Positions 22,956 through 27,907 of a DNA stretch of 27,907 bases are shown here, piece by piece. The DNA comes from Candidatus Yonathbacteria bacterium RIFOXYD1_FULL_52_36. GTDB taxonomy: Bacteria; Patescibacteriota; Minisyncoccia; Phycocordibacterales; UBA1539_B. The stretch spans positions 1 to 27,907 of the forward strand of contig MHUZ01000021.1 in the NCBI GenBank assembly GCA_001823605.1, written 5' to 3'. Made by a program: the position numbers and the translations under genes. The notes under the pieces are model-generated. The model was given only the letters and a program-made list of their open reading frames with translations, was not told where the DNA came from and did no database searches. Within the stretch, counting starts at the first letter, position 1. Each line of letters opens with the position of its first letter.

Positions 22956-24734
22956 TCAATTTGCACGGATCTTTACCGATGCCGTACGGAGCGTCACGCC
23001 ACTCAGATCCTTTGCCACGAACGTGACCGTGTACTCCCCGCTTGAACGCCACTTCCAATTCCTCACGCTCACCAGAGCCTCTTTGTTCAATGAGTCCGCA
23101 CTATCGCGCATAGCGTTAAGCGTTCCACCATCCACTTTCCAATACATTGTGTACTGCGGAAGCGTGTACCCGCCAAGCGACGCCTTAAATGTTTGCGTGT
23201 CTGAAAGCGTCGCCCCGTTCGTCGGCGCAACGATCGTAATAGTGCCCGGAGTCGCCGCAGGACCGACCGAAAGCGTTGCCACATTATTCCTCCACGTATA
23301 GAGCCTCGACCAATTACTGGCAAACGCACCCATTTTCAGTGTGTACGAACCATTACTTGCGGGTGTCCAGTCAAGTGAATACTGTTTTGTTTCCCCCGCT
23401 GCAAAATTCTGCCCCGAGAAATATCGCTGAAACACCTTGCGCCCCTGACCGTCGTAGATCTCGTAATCAATGATCGCATTCGAGACCGCAGTATCGCTCT
23501 GTGCGGATACGCCAAGCGTTGCCCTTTGTCCTGCCGTAAGTGTTCCCGCGGCAACGAGCGCTGCCGAAAATGTCGCGGTCTGTGGTTCTGGCGGGGGCGG
23601 TGGCGGCGTTTCGCCATTGATCGTGCCAAACCACTGGCGCATCACCTCTTCAGCAGGTTTGTTCTGCGGTGTGTAATCTTTGTTCCCTGTTCCGCCAGCA
23701 TCGGGGTAACTTATCCAATTCCACAAGTACACTCCCCGCATATACGAGGAGGTTCCCCAGTAACTCAAAAGCGCCTCGTAGAGCCGCGCCTGAAGCTCAG
23801 CATTGTACGGCGCATCGGTCCACGATTCATAGGGTTTCATGTTGGCCCCGTTGACACTACGGTATCCCACTTCGCTGAAGATGATTGGTTTGTTGTATTG
23901 GTTATAAAATGGCTGCAAGTGAGTATCATTGAGTTGGTCCCACGCTGACACAAATGAAGCGACCGAGTTCTGTGAATCACCCGGAAGACTGAAGTATGCC
24001 GAGATGCTTATGAAATCCACCGATGGCCAAAACCCGACATATGCCTTTTCATTGCTGATCCAATCATTGGGATCAGGATACGAGGAATTCGCCTCGTAGG
24101 TAACGTTGCCGGAATATACCCCGCGCACACGATTGATAAGCGCGACCCAGCGATCGGTCTGTCCATTGTTTTTGTTCGCGAGCGTTACCATTTCGGTACC
24201 GATCGAAAAGTTCTCCGCACCGTTTGTCTGTGCAAGGGTTGCAATGCGCACCAAAAGGTCCCCATAGGTTTGGAACCACGCCGCTTTATCATTTGGATTG
24301 ATCCTTCCGCGCCAATCATGGGTAAGCGGTTCCGCGTGCACCTTCACGGTTACTTGCAGTCCGATCGAGCGCGCATACCGGATCGCTTCCGCAAGTGATG
24401 CGTCAGTCGGCGTACCGGTGCCAGTACGATAAATATCACTTGAGGTGATCGATGTCTGATAGTACGTTGCAACGAGCCCTACATGGGTTGCGCCCGTTGC
24501 TTTGAGATCGCGCAATGACGCCTTGAATGATTCACTCGCATAATCAGTCGAGGAGCGCGCTACGATGCTCGCCCCTTTGTGCCACCCCGTCACCGCCGCA
24601 TCGGCTTTGGGTGTCGGCGCAATCACTGGTGCGAACGACATCCCCACCACTGAAAACAACATAAGAAAAGAGATTGCACGATGACCAATGCCTCTTGCAT
24701 AAAAATTCATCACATATTTTTTTGTCTTTGTCAT
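22956..24734 (-). CDS. Secreted glycoside hydrolase (clan GH-A-like TIM barrel) with a poly-Pro linker and two C-terminal beta-sandwich domains
   Basis: Signal peptide MTKTKKYVMNFYARGIGHRAISFLMLFSVVGMSFAPVIA. Candidate catalytic glutamates lie in FSIGTEMV and IIFSEVGY (acid/base and nucleophile of retaining TIM-barrel hydrolases). PPPPPPEP linker. Two Ig/CBM-like domains follow. The start was chosen at ATG 24732-24734. Alternatives are 24788 (track) and 24710. Confidence 0.7.
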   Translation of the reverse strand: MTKTKKYVMNFYARGIGHRAISFLMLFSVVGMSFAPVIAPTPKADAAVTGWHKGASIVARSSTDYASESFKASLRDLKATGATHVGLVATYYQTSITSSDIYRTGTGTPTDASLAEAIRYARSIGLQVTVKVHAEPLTHDWRGRINPNDKAAWFQTYGDLLVRIATLAQTNGAENFSIGTEMVTLANKNNGQTDRWVALINRVRGVYSGNVTYEANSSYPDPNDWISNEKAYVGFWPSVDFISISAYFSLPGDSQNSVASFVSAWDQLNDTHLQPFYNQYNKPIIFSEVGYRSVNGANMKPYESWTDAPYNAELQARLYEALLSYWGTSSYMRGVYLWNWISYPDAGGTGNKDYTPQNKPAEEVMRQWFGTINGETPPPPPPEPQTATFSAALVAAGTLTAGQRATLGVSAQSDTAVSNAIIDYEIYDGQGRKVFQRYFSGQNFAAGETKQYSLDWTPASNGSYTLKMGAFASNWSRLYTWRNNVATLSVGPAATPGTITIVAPTNGATLSDTQTFKASLGGYTLPQYTMYWKVDGGTLNAMRDSADSLNKEALVSVRNWKWRSSGEYTVTFVAKDLSGVTLRTASVKIRAN

Positions 24735-24807
24735 GGTGAAATTAATTAAAAGTGAGTAGTGCACGATGAGCATACCTATAGTAAACACCTTGTCTCATTA
24801 ACCTCGC

Positions 24808-24853
24808 GTGAACAAAAACCAGCGCGCCGTACGGCGCGCTGGTTTTTGTTCAC
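24808..24853. repeat. Perfect 46-nt palindrome and bidirectional terminator between pth and the GH gene
   Basis: GTGAACAAAAACCAGCGCGCCG-TA-CGGCGCGCTGGTTTTTGTTCAC. It shares the core CAAAAACC(C/A)GCGCGCCG with the 22811-22947 element. Confidence 0.75.
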
Positions 24854-24872
24854 TTCATTAAAACTCCCCCTT

Positions 24873-25463
24873 TTAATTCACCTCCCCCATCGCCCGCTCA
24901 CGTCCTTCGGTCACCACGAGTTCAAGCGCCTCGCTTGCCTTTTTGAGCACCTTTTTGAGTACGTCCGTTTCCTTTGGAGAAAACTTCCCGAGGATGAATT
25001 TGATCACCGCATCCTCGCCCGAAGGTTTGCGCAGTTTACCCGAGGGTGTCGCCGGTGAGACACCCACGCGTACGCGCACGAACGCGCGCGTTTTCAGATG
25101 TTTGATGATCGATTCAAGTCCGCGGTGCCCGCCAGACCCGCGATCAAACGAGATCTTCATGGTGCCGAGCGGCAGATCAAGATCATCGTAGATCACCACG
25201 AGTTTCTCCGCCTGCTTCGCGTTTTTCACGAGCGGTGCGATCGCCTTACCCGAGTTATTCATAAAGGTTTCGGGCATCACCGCAACGACCGACTCCTTCC
25301 CTACCTTACCCTTCGCCACGAGCGCTTTCGTGTACTTGTCGTCCTTCCAGTCGGAGAGCTCTTGTTTCTTTGCAAACTTCTCGACGACCATCCGCCCCAC
25401 GTTGTGTCGTGTGCCTTCGTATTCGTCTCCCGGATTGCCGAGCCCTGCGATGATGTATCCCAT
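24873..25463 (-). CDS. pth: Peptidyl-tRNA hydrolase
   Basis: The N terminus MGYIIAGLGNPGDEYEGTRHNVG is the canonical Pth start, with the catalytic His in HN(V/I)G. The start was trimmed from the track ORF (25526) to ATG 25461-25463. Confidence 0.9.
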   Translation of the reverse strand: MGYIIAGLGNPGDEYEGTRHNVGRMVVEKFAKKQELSDWKDDKYTKALVAKGKVGKESVVAVMPETFMNNSGKAIAPLVKNAKQAEKLVVIYDDLDLPLGTMKISFDRGSGGHRGLESIIKHLKTRAFVRVRVGVSPATPSGKLRKPSGEDAVIKFILGKFSPKETDVLKKVLKKASEALELVVTEGRERAMGEVN

Positions 25464-25606
25464 AATGATATCCAAGTATAGCGATACCGCAAAAAAATTA
25501 CCACCCTCGCGCGCAAATGCTCGCATTTGTGCTGCTCCTCACTTGGCGTTATAAAGAATACTGTAGATCGTCATCATTCGGACGGGGTACACACATGAGT
25601 ACATGT

Positions 25607-25635
25607 TTGTACCCGCCCTCATTTGGCGCTATACT
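25607..25635 (+). promoter_or_regulatory. Promoter of lepB, with a leaderless transcript
   Basis: TTGTAC, a 17-nt spacer and TATACT. ATG 25643 begins 7 nt after the -10, so there is no room for a 5' UTR or SD. Confidence 0.55.
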
Positions 25636-25642
25636 CCACACC

Positions 25643-26236
25643 ATGGAACCATCATCACCACAAACCACTCCCTCTAAAGCGCCGGAGCCTCAAAAACAAA
25701 CGCTTCGCCACAGTATTTTCGAGTTCGTAAAATTCGTGATCATCGCCGTGATCATCGTGGTTCCCGTGCGCATGTATATCGCTCAGCCGTTCATCGTAAA
25801 TGGCGAATCAATGGATCCGACGTTCGCCACTGGACAATACCTCATTATTGACGAGATCTCGTATCGCTTCTCGCCCCCCGAGCGTGGTGACATTGTCGTC
25901 CTCCACGATCCGCGTGGCAACAGCAAAAAGTACCTGATCAAACGCGTGGTCGGCCTTCCCGGAGAAACACTCGAGATCGCGGACGGTACGATATGCATCA
26001 GCACAGGAGAAGCTCCGTGTACGACGCTCGAGGAGCCGTACGTGCTCTACCCCAAGACCGACGAGGTACTCCGCGTTACTCTCGGGCAGGAAGAATTTTT
26101 TATGATGGGTGACAATCGCGCCGCAAGTCTCGACTCGCGTTTCTTCGGTCCCGTAAAACGCGATCTCATTGTCGGCCGCGCATTCGTACGTCTTTTGCCG
26201 CCAACCACCGCCTCATTCTTCCCTGGAAAAGAGTAA
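25643..26236 (+). CDS. lepB: Signal peptidase I
   Basis: TM anchor, Ser box GESMDPTF, Lys box KRVVGLPGETL and GDNRAASLDSRFFG. The start was trimmed to MEPSSPQ. The track ORF starts at 25517 inside pth. Confidence 0.88.
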   Translation: MEPSSPQTTPSKAPEPQKQTLRHSIFEFVKFVIIAVIIVVPVRMYIAQPFIVNGESMDPTFATGQYLIIDEISYRFSPPERGDIVVLHDPRGNSKKYLIKRVVGLPGETLEIADGTICISTGEAPCTTLEEPYVLYPKTDEVLRVTLGQEEFFMMGDNRAASLDSRFFGPVKRDLIVGRAFVRLLPPTTASFFPGKE

Positions 26237-26237
26237 T

Positions 26238-26264
26238 TTGACGTCGAACCGGATGTGATATACT
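26238..26264 (+). promoter_or_regulatory. Promoter of hisS (extended -10)
   Basis: TTGACG, a 15-nt spacer, then TGaTATACT. ATG 26302 lies 37 nt downstream. Confidence 0.5.
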
Positions 26265-26301
26265 ACCGGCACTAAGCCCTCCGTAGCGCACCGCCATTCC
26301 T

Positions 26302-27636
26302 ATGCAGCAAAAACAGCCATCCAAAAAACCGCACGCCGAACTCTTCACCTCTCCCAAAGGTATGCGTGATCTCATTGGAGAGGAGTTTTACAAGTACCAA
26401 GGTTTTTTTGATAAAGCATCAGAAGTCGCGGTCTACTACGGTTTCAAGCCGATTGCTACGCCAATCCTCGAGCGCGAGCCGGTCTTCACCTCAAGCCTTG
26501 GTGTCGGTACCGACATTCGCGACAAAGAAATGTACTCGCTCAAGACCAAGGGCGGCGATCACCTCGTAATGCGCCCTGAGGGGACTGCGGGGGTCATGCG
26601 CGCATACATCGAGCACGGCATGCAAGCGCTTCCTCAGCCGGTGATGCTCTACTACTGCGGACCATTCTTCCGCCACGAAAATCCTCAGCACGGTCGCCTC
26701 CGTGAACTGCGACAATTCGGCTTGGAGATCTTGGGTAGCACAAAAAGCATCGCGGATGCGATCGTGATCCGCACCATGACGATCATTCTCGAAGAAGCCG
26801 GTATCAAAAATATCGTGGTGTACATCAACAGCATCGGTGACAAAGACTGTCGCCCTGCGTTTCTCCGCGAGCTCACCAACTACTACAAAAAGCATGCTGA
26901 CAACCTCTGTCCTCACTGCCAAGAACGCTTGAAGACCAATCCCCTCCGCCTTCTCGACTGCAAAGACGAACGCTGTGAGCCGTTTAAAGCAGGGGCGCCT
27001 CAATCGATCGCCTTTCTCTGCTCACCTTGCCGTGCGCACTTCAAAGAAGTGATCGAGTACCTCGAAACCATGGGAATTCCCTACGAAATGAATCCGTTCC
27101 TTGTACGCGGGCTCGACTACTACACACGCACTGTCTTCGAGATCGCTGAACGCTTGCCGGAAGGAGCCGCAGCGCCGGACGAACGCGATCCAGGTGCGCT
27201 CTCAGTCGCTGCCGGTGGCCGATACGACTACTTGGCAAAATTCCTCGGGAGCAAGAAGGATGTTCCCGGCGTCGGCGGGGGTATTGGTATTGATCGTGTC
27301 ATCATGTCGCCTCGCCACAAACCGCTCGACCCGCGCATCTTAAAGAAACCGAAGGTCTGCTTCATCCAGCTCGGATTCGAAGCAAAGCTCAAGAGTCTCT
27401 CGATCATCGAGATCCTCCGCAAAGCACGTATTCCGGTCGTGCAGTCGCTCCCGAAAGACAGCCTCTCGGTTCAACTCGGTATGGCAGAGAACCTTAATGT
27501 TCCCTACGCGATAATCTTTGGCCAAAAAGAAGCCATGGATGGGACGGTTATTGTGCGCGACATGAGCTCACGCTCCCAGGAAACGGTAAAGATCGCTGAT
27601 CTGCCGGAATATATCAAGAAGATCAAGCCACATTAA
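26302..27636 (+). CDS. hisS: Histidyl-tRNA synthetase
   Basis: Class II motifs: motif 2 region GGDHLVMRPEGTAGVMRAY, YYCGPFFRHE, and motif 3 GGGRYDYL. A C-terminal anticodon-binding domain is present. The protein is 444 aa. Confidence 0.9.
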   Translation: MQQKQPSKKPHAELFTSPKGMRDLIGEEFYKYQGFFDKASEVAVYYGFKPIATPILEREPVFTSSLGVGTDIRDKEMYSLKTKGGDHLVMRPEGTAGVMRAYIEHGMQALPQPVMLYYCGPFFRHENPQHGRLRELRQFGLEILGSTKSIADAIVIRTMTIILEEAGIKNIVVYINSIGDKDCRPAFLRELTNYYKKHADNLCPHCQERLKTNPLRLLDCKDERCEPFKAGAPQSIAFLCSPCRAHFKEVIEYLETMGIPYEMNPFLVRGLDYYTRTVFEIAERLPEGAAAPDERDPGALSVAAGGRYDYLAKFLGSKKDVPGVGGGIGIDRVIMSPRHKPLDPRILKKPKVCFIQLGFEAKLKSLSIIEILRKARIPVVQSLPKDSLSVQLGMAENLNVPYAIIFGQKEAMDGTVIVRDMSSRSQETVKIADLPEYIKKIKPH

Positions 27637-27660
27637 AAACCGTTCTCAAAAACCGCACCC

Positions 27661-27689
27661 TTGTCAAAAAAACCCTGATGTGATAATCT
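27661..27689 (+). promoter_or_regulatory. Promoter of rpsU, near-leaderless
   Basis: TTGTCA, 15-17 nt, then TGATAATCT. ATG 27697 lies 7-9 nt downstream. Confidence 0.5.
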
Positions 27690-27696
27690 TTTGTCC

Positions 27697-27907
27697 ATGA
27701 TCGTAAATGCAGAAGTCAAAAAAACAGGTAACGAAAGTCCCGTAACGCTCATCAAGCGATTCTCTCGCCGCATGCAGTCAACGGGTATTATCCCCCGCCT
27801 CAAGAGCGAGCGCTATTTTGAGCGCACGATGTCAAAATATAAAGTAAAGGCGCGCGCACTCAAAACGCTCGAGCGCCGCAAGGTCTATGACCGCCTCAAA
27901 AAACTCG
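27697..27907 (+). CDS. rpsU: 30S ribosomal protein S21 (partial, runs off the window end)
   Basis: MIVNAEVKKTGNESPVTLIKRFSRRMQSTGIIPRLKSERYFERTMSKYKVKARALKTLERRKVYDRLKKL matches the basic S21 pattern (V.V..NE....ALRRFKR.....G.....R.R.FYEKP...RKR.K). Confidence 0.8.
   Translation, partial: MIVNAEVKKTGNESPVTLIKRFSRRMQSTGIIPRLKSERYFERTMSKYKVKARALKTLERRKVYDRLKKL

Noticed and set aside
1-27907. CRISPR arrays, IS elements, integrases or transposases
   Set aside because: There are no regularly spaced direct repeats and no ORFs with DDE, tyrosine or serine recombinase motifs anywhere in the window.

Overview
The window reads as a streamlined bacterial chromosome segment at about 55-58% GC, made up of short housekeeping proteins. 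It has a 506-aa IF-2, many leaderless genes and a tandem family of small VirB2/TrbC-like two-TM proteins, which together point to a CPR/Patescibacteria-type organism (inference). Housekeeping content is tRNA-Tyr, clpB, an HtrA-like membrane protein, Fe/Mn SOD, cysteine desulfurase, a DUF4446-like protein, infB, rbfA, tRNA-Cys, three tRNA-Leu isoacceptors, tRNA-Lys, mscL, a single-domain MGMT, an SPFH operon, gyrA, an MBL-fold hydrolase, rpsA, pth, lepB, hisS and the start of rpsU. The accessory content is the most interesting part. (1) A minus-strand operon (16704->12826) encodes a SAM methyltransferase, a membrane-anchored orphan solute-binding protein, and five tandem divergent paralogues of a small two-helix pilin-like membrane protein; its promoter is overlapped by a 31-nt palindrome. 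(2) A 400-aa ORF at 8308-9510 sits next to tRNA-Cys/tRNA-Leu and has clearly foreign composition. (3) A 1.3-kb region with no long ORF (20363-21680) carries consensus promoters, three or four SD-preceded micro-ORFs and three intrinsic terminators, two of which are copies of one repeat. (4) A secreted multi-domain glycoside hydrolase is flanked on both sides by related long palindromes. (5) Consensus promoters placed right next to start codons recur, including a symmetric divergent pair that shares a palindromic TTGCAA -35. All coordinates and motifs were read by hand from the sequence. Family assignments are from memory of conserved motifs and no database search was run.
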